Both the position numbers and the translations under genes were made by a program. Shown here piece by piece: positions 24,300 through 37,135 of a DNA stretch of 64,000 bases; within the stretch, counting starts at the first letter, position 1; each line of letters starts with the position of its first letter. Under the pieces are notes generated by a model. That model searched no databases. It was not told the origin of the DNA and worked only from the letters and a program-made list of their open reading frames with translations. The stretch covers positions 20,150,001 to 20,214,000 of the forward strand of contig OZ336893.1 of assembly GCA_965287045.1 (NCBI GenBank), given 5' to 3'. The DNA comes from Carcharhinus amblyrhynchos (lineage: Eukaryota).

Positions 24300-25387
24300 G
24301 TAAACAATTAAGAAACACTCAAAGCTTTTTTATTTTCTGTTTTTGGTATTGAACTGCTTGGAATGTTTTAATAAAACTAGCTATTGAATTCAAATGAGGA
24401 AAATTACACAATAAGTGGCCAAAGGCTTTTTCAGTTCAAAGATGCAAACTTTAATCACGCCTTTTAATTCATTTATTCTGTTGCCATTGTGTTGTCAATT
24501 ATTAAAGCCCAGCACCCATTGTGCACAGTGCATAAAGACACCATCTGCCAGCTTCCTAGCGTCAAGAAATGGAGTTGGAACAAAGCCCAATCCTACCCTT
24601 AGTAATGAATGAGTTAAAAAGTACGCATTTTAAAAAGTGTTGCTTAATATTCTGCAAGAGTGAGATTTTTTTTTTAATTGCACCTAAGTTTAGTATTCTT
24701 TTTTTAAATTGAGCCTTCTCTGCCACAGTGGAGACTGAAATTCTAAGACTTTCATTGCTGCAGAATATAAATTTCTATTTTAGAAAACTTCTATTTTGTT
24801 ATTGATTGCTTGATGATCTCCATCCAAGAGTGCAAGCATCAGCCTTCTTCCAGTCTTTCTCTTGAACTGGCTGCTAGGTAATGTTTAACTGTGATAGAAG
24901 TGATTGCTTGTATATTTTATTCTCTTCCACTGAGAGCTCCTCTAATGACAAAACTGAATTTGAGGAATTAGGATAATTGTAGGCATGATGTTGTGTACTT
25001 CCATTTTAGTACACAGTTGCACCATGCCATCCTTTTGCTTCAAATTGGTTGACGTTCTTAAAATCATCTTATGAAAAGCAGATCAGAAAATATCTAAAAC
25101 ATTTTTAAACATGGGCCTTTCAAGTTTACAGCAATCTTCTGTTTTAGTCACAAGAATTTTTCATCTAATCATAAGCGACAAGAAACATTTCTGTACTTAG
25201 TTTACTGAAGAAAATAGATGGTGTTGATTTGTGAAATGTGTCCAAACGTGATAGAAGAATAGTTCTTCCAGATGCTTCTTAGAACAGTCAGTGTTCGAGT
25301 CAGCTTTTCAAATGCATCAGTTTTTCAAGCCACTTGCCATCCTGTGGTGTTTATCATAGAGCTGCAGCTTTCTATATACAGTACTTA

Positions 25388-25725
25388 GGGCGGCACGGTA
25401 GCACAGTGGTTAGCAGTGCTGCTTCACAGCTCCAGGGACCTGGGTTTGATTCCCAGCTTGGGTCACTGTCTGTGTGGAGTTTGCGCATTCTCTTTGTGTC
25501 TGCGTGGGTTTCCTCCGATGCTTCAGTTTTCTCCCACAGTCCGAAGATGTGTAGGTTAGGTTGATTGGCCATGCTTAAAAATTGTCCCTTGGTGTCCTGA
25601 GATGTGTAGGTTAGAGGGATTAGCAGGTAAATATGTAGTGTTAAGGGGGGTAGGGCCTCGGGATTGTGGTTGGTGCAGACTCAATGGGCCACATGGCACC
25701 TCTCTGCACTATAGGTTTCTATGAT
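25388..25725 (+). mobile_element. HE1-like V-SINE, full length
   Basis: GGGCGGCACGGTAGCACAGTGGTTAGCAGTGCTGCTTCACAGC head with A/B boxes, V domain and TTCTATGA tail. Confidence 0.9.
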
Positions 25726-26064
25726 ACTTCCATTTCACTGCTCTGGTATTTGCCTGTTTCTCAGTGCAAGCCAAGACTATATTTTGTCTTAACTAATTTA
25801 TAATTCTGTTTCATCATTACTGCTATATATTACTGCAGCAAAAAATGTAAGCTTTCCCTAACTTTAATCTATGCTAATATCCTATCAATAAAGGTTTGCA
25901 CAGGGGGAATCAGTATTTTCCTGTCCGCCAGCCTTAAATGTGCTTGAGTGGTGAAAGCAGGAACCCAACTGATAAATTCATGACAAAAAAAATAAACAAA
26001 ATTAATCAGTCCAGTTCAGTGGCAAGCACATGCTGAAAGCAAAGCTGTGATTCTTCCATATAAC

Positions 26065-26335
26065 CTTTGTTAAAGTTGATTTATTAATCACAAGTAAGGC
26101 TTTCATTAACACTGCAATTAAGTTACTATGAAATTCCCCTGGTCGCCACATTCCAGCGTCCGTTTGGATCAGTGCATTTGACCAGCACATCTTTCAGACT
26201 GTGGGGGGAACCAGAGCACCTGGAAGAAACCCATGCATACGTAGGGAGAACGTGCAAAGTCCACACAGACAGTAACCCAAGCCAGGAATCGAACCCAGGC
26301 CCCTGGCGCTGTGAGGCAGCAGTGGTTGCCATCTT
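26065..26335 (-). mobile_element. V-SINE, antisense, with a non-CR1 3' tail
   Basis: Reverse complement of the head and V domain at 26180-26335; tail differs from the HE1 copies. Confidence 0.85.
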
Positions 26336-26356
26336 GCCGAGGTCGGGAAGAATAAC

Positions 26357-26830
26357 TGTAGATTGGGAGGTAGAAAGTTAGAATTTGGTGTTTGTAAAAA
26401 ATGGTAAAATTGTAAAATGTCAGGGGAAAAAGCATTGCATGGTTCCTTTAAAAGGTGGTGCTTTTTTGTTTTTAAAAATACAAGTACATAGGGAGCCCAA
26501 AATGAAACACTTGTATCAAAAGGCCAAGCAGTAGTTTTTACCAGGACAGCAGGCTTTTGAATTTAGCCAATCAATTTGAATTAATATTTTAGTTAATTTG
26601 TTCACTGTTGGTTAGATAAATGAATTGTTACGTGTTGATTTTAGAGTGAGTGTCAGGGATTTATTTTGCATTTAACTACTCGGGATTGCTGAAGGGCAGG
26701 TCACACTGCTTCTCTCACTTTTTACAGACTAAAAGACGTGATATTTCTGAGTGTTTCAGTGTTAGTTCACGTCGGGGGTGGGGGGGGTGATCAACCGCCG
26801 CTTAAAAGCAGATTGGGGGCTCGGGTCAGG
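26357..26830 (+). mobile_element. Putative 5' LTR (TG...CA, 26357-26810) plus tRNA-Pro-type PBS
   Basis: TGGGGGCTCG at 26814, directly after ...AAGCA, matches the start of the Pro PBS; gag begins ~100 bp downstream. Confidence 0.55.
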
Positions 26831-28774
26831 AATTTGAACAATCCTAGATCTTTAAATTAATCTTAAGTGAGAAGTGGAAAATCTGTTCAGTTTGGGTGAC
26901 TTCTAGTCATTTAAATCAAAAGTGACGAAATGGCTCTTAGCATTGTTAAAGAGGTTCTGAGGATCGAACATACTTCCCAAATTTGCCAAGAAAGTTTAAA
27001 AAGACAGAAAAAGATGACACTTATCGAATTAGCAAACAGGCTAAAATTGGATTTAACCAGAGATGATGATAAAGTTGAAACTATAGCAGAGTTAGCCAAG
27101 CATTTAGGTATATCAGAGAAACCATCAAACAGTGGAGTTAGAAAAAAAATTAAATTGTAAATGAAACAATTGGAATTGGAAAGTGAACTTAAAGGCTGGA
27201 GGTAGAAGAAAGAGAGAGGAAGACCCTAACACAAGAAGGGGAAAAAGAGAAGCAAGAAAAAAAGAGAGGAAGGCCCTAGCAAAAGAAAGGGAAAAAGAGA
27301 GAAAATAAAGAAAGGAAAAGATTGTCCAATTTGAAAAGATGAAATTGGAACTTGAAGCAAAAAGACTTCAAATAACAAGTGAAAGTGTAAGATAGAAGTG
27401 ATGAGCAAGCTTATCGTAGCCAACTGCCTGCTAGGGATATATATAAACATTTCATCAAATTATGATAATGTTTGGATAAGTGCAGAAGCCTTTTTCATTT
27501 CCTTCGAGAAATTGGCTACACAGATGAACTGGCAAGAAGAGGTGTGGGTTAATTCAGACCAAGTTGGTAGACAAGGCTACCGAGGTGTTTGCAGCACTGT
27601 CAGAGGAGGCTTCCGGAGAACATGAAGTACCTACAAATTGATACCAGAAGCATACAGACAACGGTACAGAAATGTAAGAAAGGAACCAGGTCAGACTTGT
27701 TTTGATTTTGAAAGAATTAAACAGAGTAACTTCAATAGATAGATGAGAGCATTAAAGATAGGGCATATGAGGTTCTTAGAGATATTATTCTGCTGGGAGA
27801 GTTTAAAAACTCACTTCCAGAAGTAATAAGAACTCATGTTGAGGAGCAGAAACAGTGAAAAGAGCTGCAGAGGTGGCAGATGAATAGACGTTAGTGCATA
27901 AATGAAAATCTAGCTTCCGACAGCAATTTCATTCTGTGAGGGATAGAAATTGGAAAAGAAGGAGATCCTCCAATGAAGAACAAAGTAGATCACATTGGGA
28001 ACAGTTTATCACGTGTAAAAAGAAACTTAAAAGGGTGGAAAAGAGGTGAAAGAGCTCAGGTGTTTTCACTGTAATAAGGTGGGACACATAAAGTCACAGT
28101 ACTTTAGTGGCTTAAGAAAGGCATTGGGATAAAGGATGCGGTAAAAGAGGCTCAACCAGTGGGATTAGTTGAAGGAGTGAAGGAAATCCAGAGAGAAGTT
28201 GAGGAACTGAAGGAGAGTGCATAGCCTAGGCACATGCTGGATTGTAAAATAGTGCCTGACCTTTTCAAAGACTTGACCTGTATGGATAAGATTTACTCAG
28301 GTAGAACAGGGGAAGTAGGTAAAGAAGTTAAAATATTGAGAGACATGGGAACTAGTCTGTCTCTAATAGTAAGAGATGAAAATATTTGCACTCTTTCTGA
28401 AATATTGCCCAAGACAGTACTAATGTTCCCCTGTGTAAGCTATCGCTAGAAAGTCAAATTAAGACTAGGGAGTGATAGTGGAAGTAATAGAAAACTTGGG
28501 TATTCCAGGAATATAGTTTATTCACAGAAACAATATAGCTGGATCACAGGTGCAAGTGATGCCTATTGAAGTGGAATTGCCAAAAGAAAACCAGGGAATT
28601 GAGGGATTAAAAGAAAAATACCCTGGAATTTTTCTGGACTGTGTGGTGACAAGATTCCACAGCCATAAGTTGAAACAGGAAAGGAGTACAAAAAAGATGA
28701 AGGAGTTGAGGTACAGTTAGCTGACACTCTGTTTGATGAGATGGTAAAGGAAAAACTTAAGCAGGTAGAGGAAC

Positions 28775-29856
28775 GTAAGAACTAGGCGCAGGAGTAGGCC
28801 ATCTGGCCCCTCGCGCCTGCTCTGCCATTCAAAATGATCATAGCTGATCTTTCTGTGGACTCAGCTTCACTTACCCGCCTGCTCACCATAACCCTTAATT
28901 CCTTTACTGTTCAAAAATTTATCTATCCTTGCCTTAAAAACATGCAGTGAGATAAGAACATAAGAACATAAGAAATAGGAGCAGAAGTAGGCCATCTGGC
29001 CCTTCGAGCCTGCCCCGCCATTCAATAAGATCATGGCTGATCTGTCGTGGCTCAGTTCCACTTTCCCGCCCTCTCCCCATAACCCTTAATCCCTTCTCTT
29101 ATCAAAAACCCATCAACCCGCTTCTTAAAAATATTTAGCGAGGCAGCCTCCACCACTTCAACGGGCAGAGAATTCCAGAGATTCACCACCCTTTGAGTGA
29201 AGAAGTTCCTCCTCAACTCCGTTCTGAACCGCCCCCCCTTTATCTTGAGGCTGTGCCCCCATAACCTCAGCTGCTTCACTGGGCAGGGAATTCCACAGAT
29301 TCACAACCTTTTATGTGAAGAAGTTCCTCCTCAACTCAGTCCTAAATCTGCTTCCCCTTAGTTTGAGGCTATGCCCCCTAGTCCTAGTTTCACCCGTTAG
29401 TGGGAACAACTTCCCTGTTTCTATCTTATCTGTTCTATTCATAATCTTACATGTTTCTATAAGATCTCCCCTCATTCGTCTGAATTCCAATGAGTTTAGC
29501 CCCAGTCTACTCAGTCTCTCCTCATAAGCCAACCCTCTCAACTCTGGAATCAACCTCGCAAATTTCCTCTGCACTGCCTCCAGTGCTAGTGTATCCTTTC
29601 TCGAGTAAGGAGACCAAAACACTACATAGTACTCTAGGTATGCCCTCACCAACGCCTTGTACAGCTGCAACATAACCTCGCTGTTTTTAAACTCCATCCC
29701 TCTAGCAGTGAAGGACAAAATTCCATTTGCCGCCTTAATTACCTGCCGTACCTGCGACCAACTCCTTGTAATTTTTGCAGAAGGACACCTAGGCCCCTCT
29801 GCACAGCAGCATGCTGCAATTTTTTTACCATTTAAATAATAGTCTATTTTGCTGTT
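28775..29856 (-). mobile_element. CR1 LINE inserted into the Gypsy element
   Basis: Antisense ORF 29311-29718 is the CR1 RT C-terminus; TSD AGGAAC at 28769-28774 and 29857-29862. Confidence 0.9.
28956..29260 (-). mobile_element. Second CR1 3' fragment nested inside the first CR1
   Basis: (ATAAGAAC)n tail; TSD ATAA at 28952-28955 and 29261-29264; the host CR1 resumes after it. Confidence 0.85.
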
Positions 29857-31248
29857 AGGAACAAGCAGAGGTATGTGGTTCTGAAAAATTAATGGAGTTA
29901 CAGCAAGATCAGACGATAAAGGATTTGTATCATAAAGCCTACTCGGAAAAGGAATCAGAGTGTATCCCAGAATGCTATTATCTTAAGGATAAAGTCTTAA
30001 GGATCTGGAGACCTTGGCAGTTAGCACAGATGAAAAATGGGCACAAGTTCACCAGATTGTATTCTACCAGCAACACAGACTGGAAGTATTGCGAGTGGCA
30101 CACACATAACCTATAGGACCTCATCTAGGAGTGAGGAAAACTCAGGCTAAGACACGGAAGTATTTTTATTCAGCTGGATTACATAACAATGTGGTTGAAT
30201 TTTGTCATATCTGTCATACATGTTAGATGGTAGAAAAGCCACAAGCAGTGATAAACCAGCATCTTTGTTGTCAGTTCCCACGTTTGAAGAACCTTTTTAC
30301 ACGGGTTATAATTGATTGCATAGGTCCCCTCCCTAAAACCAAAAGTGGGAACCAGTATTTGATAACCGTGATGGATGTGTCTATCAGATTTACAGAGGCA
30401 ACTCCATTACAGAATGTCAAGATAAAAAAGGTTATGGAGGAGTTGCTCGCTTTCTTTACCCATTATGGATTACCCAGGGAGATTCAGTCAGACCAAGGGT
30501 CCAATTTTACTGCTAAATTTTTTAAGGAGGTCATGGATAGTTTAAGCATCAGACACTTTACATAGAGTGTGTACCATCTTGAATCCCAGACAGCACTGGA
30601 AAGTTGGCAACAGACCCTAAATACCATGTTGAGGGCTTATTGCCAGGATAATTTTTTTTAATCCTTGTTATTTGTATCCTTCATATAACACAAAATATGT
30701 TGAAATCATACTATAATCTGACTAGGTCATTGTCATAGCGTTAGCAATTATTTTTGTGTTTCCACCAACATTTCTGAGCAAGTGTGGTTTAATGGAGAAG
30801 TAAAGCAAAATATCACCGTTAACATTCATTGATGTTTATTTAAACACTATTTATGGAACTTGATGTGTATTTACCATTCGTGGTTTTTAAATGTATTGTA
30901 CCAGCAGACTTCTTTTGAAACATTCAATTAATTTAAAAAAAAGGTACATTTCAGAATTTTGGATTCACTAAGTTAGATGAATGGATGTTTGAACAAGTTT
31001 GAATGGATGGTTTGCAAATTAGTCCCACAAGTGAAGCAAAATCCTTTCACAGGTATTTACAGTCGTAATTTTACAGTTCTTCAAACTGGAGATTTTCGTC
31101 CTTTTTTGAATGGAATGCCCAATCAAGTTCCAATAAAAAACGAAGACTTTTGTAGTTCTTGACGTGTTCTTGTTTAAATGTTAAGATATTCCTATTTTAT
31201 TGTGCATATCTATTCAATATTTCCTCCACTGATATTTCATTTCCTCAG

Positions 31249-31490
31249 GTGAAGAAGTAATAATAATTCAGGAGAAATTGGATGGTATTAAGAGTCGTTA
31301 TGCGGAAATTACTTCTTCCAGTTCCAGGGCGCTGAAAACCTTAGAGCAGGTTCTGCAGCTTGCAACAAAATTCCAGGCCTTTAATGAGGAACTGTGTGGC
31401 TGGCTTGATTTTGTGGAGGCTGAACTTGCTGCAAGCACTCCACAGTCACCAATTGGAGAACAGATTCCACAGGTGCATGAAAGACAAAAG
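31249..31490 (+). CDS. MACF1: MACF1 exon (GEEVIIIQEKLDG...QVHERQK), phase 1-0
   Basis: ctcag|GT ... AAG|gtaagc; 242 nt. Confidence 0.95.
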
Positions 31491-31654
31491 GTAAGCAGAG
31501 AGGTCAGGCATCTAGAGTCGGCAAAAATAAGCTAGGAAAGGAAGAAAATGGAATAACATTCACATTTTATTGTTCTTATCATCTGATATGTTTGGTAAAT
31601 TACTGCAGACATGTATGGTTGACTGAATATTAAGCTCCTACTCTTAACATCCAG

Positions 31655-31861
31655 GAATTGAAGAAGGAAGTGATGGAATACCGGTTAGTTCTGGACACAA
31701 TTAATGAAGTGAGCAATGCACTGCTGGAATTAGTGCCATGGAGAGCACGAGAAGGTCTGGATCGGCAGGTGGCAGAAGCCAACGAGCGATACAAAACTGT
31801 CAGCGACACTGTAACGCAGAAAGTTGAAGCAATAGATGCTGCCATTCAGAGATCACAACAG
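31655..31861 (+). CDS. MACF1: MACF1 exon (ELKKEVMEY...AIQRSQQ), phase 0-0
   Basis: tccag|GAA ... CAG|gtagat; 207 nt. Confidence 0.95.
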
Positions 31862-32939
31862 GTAGATTTTCTCAAACACATGTAGATGTGTTTGTGTAAT
31901 GGTTTTAGCCTATTAACAAAGCATATCCAGCTGATCTGAAATGTATGTGATGTTGCCATAATACAAACACAAGTTACGGAAACAAGTAAGAGCAAGGATT
32001 GCAAACTAATGTTTATAACAATAACGTTTAAAGAGCAGGGTTGTCCAAATTATAACCTGCCTGACCAGTGAACTCCAAGAAGTCTGGCCCATGAACCCTG
32101 GAGATCTGGCTGAAGAAGTCGAGGCAATTCCTTTCCATTTGGTCCTGTACTACTTGCTCATTTGTTTATTGTGTTGAAAGTTTGTAGATCTGTATTGGTT
32201 ACCTCATGAGTGGATAAATCCTAAGTCACACCTCCAAATATCAGCAACTCGAAATATCTGCAGATTAATGAGAACACTGATTTAAAATTTATATATGACA
32301 CATGGAACATTATATACACCTAATTAGCCCACAAAGATGAAATATTTGAACACTTTTATAGAAGGTGTGCATTAACCAGTTGCAATAGGCACATATTGGA
32401 CAGGCCAGACATTGGATAATGTTTTGTATCTTAGAATCTCCACTATAAACTTGTGATCAAATTAAATTAGTTGTATCCTAATCCTTAGAACACACTTGTA
32501 ATGGAACCCTGGGATGAAGATTCTCAGAAACAATAAAGAGGGAAGGACAATAGTTATACTAGGCACTTTTCTATAGAAATAAAGGAGAGTGAGTAGAAGA
32601 ATACTCTTTTTGCATCAAATCACTAATATCAGATTAGCTTTGGTGTATATAAGAGAATGGACTGTATACTCTGAGCCAAAATTTAATTATTATGTAAAGA
32701 CATCCAAGAAAGAGGGGAAAACTTATCTAAAAACCATTCTATACTTTTTAGTATGATAAATGCCAATATAACCTGTCAATTGTATCAGTTTTCTAAGATA
32801 ATTGTGAACATCCAAAGGGAAAATATTATCATGTATAATGACAATTATGCATTCAAAAAGAATATGTTTGATCCTGAACAGATATTTTGACTCCATATTC
32901 TATTGGTCTCAAATACTGACAACTTCTTACTTTGCAATC

Positions 32940-33690
32940 AGGGTGGGCAAGCTCCCAAAACAATCATTTGGGATAGAATTAGCAGTTCACATGGAAAAAC
33001 GTGGATTGATTAGGAAGAACCAGCATAAATTTCCAGAAGTTAAAATCATATTTTATCAACTTGCTGGAGTTTTTTGAAGAGGAAACGGAAAGGATCAGTG
33101 AGGGCAATGCTGCTAATGTGGTGCACGTAGACTTTCAAAAAGACATTTGATACGATACCACACAACAGACCTGTGAGAAATTATAGCTGATGGATTAAAA
33201 GGGACAATGTGGATACAAAACTGGCTGAATAATAGAAAACCAAGAATGGTCAATGGATATTTTTCAGGTTGGAGGAAGGTTTGTAATAGTGTTCTCTAGG
33301 ATTGATATTGGGACCCTTGCTTCTTCTGACATATGTTAATGATCTACACCTTAATATGCAGGGGATAATTTCAAAGTTTGCAGATGATATAAAACTTGCA
33401 AGTATTGTAAACTGTGAAAGAATGTGTAGAACTTAAAAAGGACATAGAGCGGGCAGATAGATGGCAGATGAAGTTTAATGAGAAGTGTAAGGTGATGCAT
33501 TTTAGAAGGAAGAGCATGGACAGGCAGTATAAAATGAGGGCTATCATTCTTAAAGAGATGCATCGGCAGAGGGATCTGAATGTATGTGTGCATAGATCAT
33601 TGAGGATGGCAGGACAAGTTGAGAGACCAATTAACAGAGCATATCATATTCAGAGCTTTATTATTAAAAGAGCAAGAGATTATGCTGAAC
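32940..33690 (+). mobile_element. CR1 RT fragment
   Basis: VDFQK-FD--PH, KFADD (33374) and WQMKFN-KCKVMHF motifs, degraded. Confidence 0.85.
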
Positions 33691-35029
33691 TTCTTTTTAA
33701 AAGTCCATATCACAGTTTAACTCCACATGATTTAGTTTGAGATAATTATTTGGTAGTACAGAACTTGAGTATTGCTGAAAAAAGGGACATGTTGAAGCTT
33801 TTCATCTGCACTTCATTTGTAAACAATGGTCCTCAGTGTGCAAAGAATTATGCTAATAGCCAATATAAGATCATCAGTCAGGCTCACAGTGTGACATATT
33901 TGCATCTACTGGAAACTACGTATTATTACACAGTGCCTTGTTATTTGCAGACAGAAAGAACAGGTATGCATATTGTGCCTGTTTCAGTCAAAATAAGTGA
34001 CAGCTATTCACTGACTCTTCGGTGAAGGCACTGCCCTGAGGAAACAGGGTCAAACTGTTGCTGTACCTAGTTGCTGTAAAGTGTGCTTTGCCTAACTTAT
34101 TTGTTAGAAGTTCTTTAATGTTTAACCCTTTAAGGATATCATTTTTGAGATGCAAAGAAACATTTTTGATACAAGTTTTCCATTGGAGAGTGTTGATAAT
34201 TCTTCAATTTTTCTTTCTTTTTCAAATACAATTTTGCAGATTAAGGCTGAAAAATAAATATAAATGGAAAACTTGGCTAGTAGAATGCTGTTAACGATAT
34301 GCAACACTAAAAGGGTTAAACTTAGCTATGTTTTCTGTATTATGTGTTGTCATCACTTTCAAGAGCTTTGATTCTTCAGTAGCTAACTCCTCCACTATCA
34401 AACTTCATGGTTTTTCACCTTCTGAAGAGCCACATCAAACAAAATTCACCTATTCCGCTTTCCTCTGTATGCTTGAAAATGTTAACAGGATTGAAATAGA
34501 AACATTCTGAAGCTGCTGATGAATGAAATATGGGTTCCAAAATTAACATTTTTGCAGTGTTTTATTATGAATTTGCCATGCAATGGCCCTCAGTAATGGA
34601 AGGTAACGTGCACTGTCACATTTTTAATGGTACGAACGAAACAACTCTTTTTTCATTCTGCAGCAGGGCCTGGGCTAGTTTGCAACTATTAAAGTCCATT
34701 CTAAATGCTCAACATCTGATGTATTCTGATTGCTACTTTTGACATCTTACAAGAAATGTTAAATAACCCTGACCCTGTATTGTGTTAACTGTTTGATTTT
34801 GCAATGTCAAATGTATCCTCAAAACTTTAATCCTCTCAAATTCAATATGGATAAACATGAACCAGTGTGGACAGCTGACAAAAACTGCTTCCTTTTCCAA
34901 CTCCTGTTTCTTCATTAGGATTCACAAGAAAGTACACTCATATTCAGATCAGAGCAGGCTATTTAATATAAATGACAAGCATTGTACTAAAAGGCATGAA
35001 AATTTCAAATAAGTCACTAGAGCTCTGAG

Positions 35030-35520
35030 GTTATAGGAGCACAAGCAGATCATTTAACTCCTCAAGCCTATTCCACCATTCAGTGAGAGCCTGTTGACCT
35101 GTGATCTAGTTTGCTGTACCTGTCAGTGCTTCATTTCCCTTAATATTTACGACTAGCAAAAATCTGTTTGTCTCCTAGTTAAAATTAACTGACCCAGCTT
35201 GCAGAAAAGTTCAGAATTTCTGCCACACCAGACGTTTAGAATTGTTTCCTAACTTCATCCCTGAAAAGCCTGGCTCTAACCTTTATGCTTTGTCTGAGCC
35301 CTATATTTCCCAAACAACAGTAGTCTCTTTATCAGTTCCCTTTTAAATTCTTGACAAAGTATATCAACTAACTTTTTTAATTTCCTAAATGTTAAGGAAT
35401 ACAACCCTAGCTTGTGTAATCTCCCTTTGATTTAGCCCTCGAGTCCAGGTATCATTCTGGAAAATCTGTGCTCCACTCCTTCCTGGATCAGTATATCCTT
35501 GGTAAGGTGTGCTATGCTAA
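35030..35520 (-). mobile_element. Old CR1 3' fragment
   Basis: ATAGGAGCA...CCATTCAGTGAGA antisense tail and downstream similarity to 29280-29600. Confidence 0.65.
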
Positions 35521-36400
35521 GGCATGTTGAAGAAGAAAGGGCAAGGAAGAGGTGACATAAAGCTTTTTCAAGTTGTGAATATTTTGATAGGATAAATAGG
35601 TAAAACCGTCAGTAAAGTTGAGGAGCATATGTAGGAGGTATGACTTTACACAGCTGTCAGGGTTTGAAATGCTTGCAAAATGAAATACAGGTAATTGAGA
35701 CAGAGATCAAAATCTTAAGATAATTACTGCTCACACTGTTTGCTGAGTTCAGTATATTTTGTTTAAAACGTTGCTACATAGGAGATGGTTAAATTCTTGG
35801 ATAATGTTTAGTATTGCTGCATATTCGTTATTCTATCCTATCCTGCTTGTCCTCACTGGGAATCAAAATCTAACCCTGTTGGCAACATCCACGGTTGATA
35901 CAGTAAAACGTGATTCAAATCTGTTTTGAGTGCTAGTAAGTATATTCCTTTGATCTGCAATTCAAAACAGTCAGTGTCAGTATACAAGATACATTTTGAA
36001 TTTCCAGATTTCGTTTTAATTTAGAATTAATTTGCATTATTTTTACTAAATCAAAATTTTTTAAAAATTGCTAAATGTAATTATCCTTCCCAGCATCTTG
36101 CATTAAAATAAATGAAACTAAATTTAGCACTGTATTACTGTGCATTGCAACAAAACAAGGCCATGATTTAACACACTGCAGCTGTGGACCTTGTGTACTG
36201 TTCTAAAAAGTTGTGAAACGACTCTAAGCAATGACCTACTACACTTTTTAACTGAGAGTCAAAGTGGTTTTACTCAATTTTTCTGGCACTACCTGTGTTC
36301 CAAATTGCAGTTCTGTTTCGTTTCTGTCCATGTGTTTTTGTCGCAGCTGTGTGTCTGCTTTGTTTCCTTAATGCTCCTTGCTGCTTCTCCTTTCTGCTAG

Positions 36401-36520
36401 TATGAGCAGGCTGCTGACTCCGAACTTACCTGGGTAGCAGAAACCATGCGAAAGTTGACAGCCTTGGGCCCAATAAGGCTGGAACAAGATCAGACAACAG
36501 CTCAACTACAGGTGCAGAAG
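36401..36520 (+). CDS. MACF1: MACF1 exon ([11 protein letters not shown]...AQLQVQK)
   Basis: gctag|TAT ... AAG|gtagga; 120 nt. Confidence 0.95.
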
Positions 36521-36934
36521 GTAGGAATGATGTGTATGATCTGGTGCAGTACTCATATCCATTTACCTAGGTAGCCTTTAAACAAATGCTGCAGTTCATT
36601 GTGCACAAAATATTTGTAACATGTGCTGCATGCATTTCTCAGTGCAGTTTTGTTTATTGCATATCCTATATTAAATCTTCTGAAAAGATTTGATTGCTTT
36701 CTTGTTTTTTAATTAGTTTTCTCTCAACTGTTTTCCCTTCCAGTCAGCACATAGCGTGTGAGAGGCTTGAGAGCATGTGCAAAGGCCATGGCAACAATGG
36801 GCAATCATAGTGTCTTGACCAAGTCAAAAAGAAACATTCAGGAAACATTAATAGAAGTTATAGGGAAAAAAAATTGTGTGGCAAATCACCTCTGTTAATA
36901 TAGTTTAATTCCTTATGTTTTGTTCATAACTCAC

Positions 36935-37135
36935 AGAGAAGTCCAAAGATGTGCAGGTTAAGTGCACATGCTAAATTGCCTTAGTGTCCCAAGATGTGTA
37001 GGTTAGTGGGATTAGTGAGGTAAATGCACGGGGTTACAGGGGTAGAGCCTGGGTGTGATGCTGTGTCGGCGAGTCTGTAGAGACTTGATGGGCTAAATAG
37101 CCTCTCCCTGCACTGGAGGAATTCTATGATTCTAT
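36935..37135 (+). mobile_element. HE1-like SINE, 5' truncated
   Basis: GTCCAAAGATGTGCAGGTTA...GATGGGCTAAATAGCCTC...ATTCTATGATTCTA. Confidence 0.85.

Larger units (their letters stand above)
26930..30650 (+). mobile_element. Degenerate Ty3/Gypsy (Gmr1-like) LTR retrotransposon gag-PR-IN, 3' truncated
   Basis: Gag (LIELANRLKL, FFISFEKLA-QMNW); zinc knuckle CFHCNKVGH at ~28060; protease ILRDMG at ~28335; integrase IDCIGPLPKTKSGNQY...IQSDQGSNF at 30227-30565; many stops and frameshifts. Confidence 0.9.

Noticed and set aside
25388-25460. tRNA gene
   Set aside because: tRNA-derived SINE head continuing into the V domain, not a cloverleaf gene
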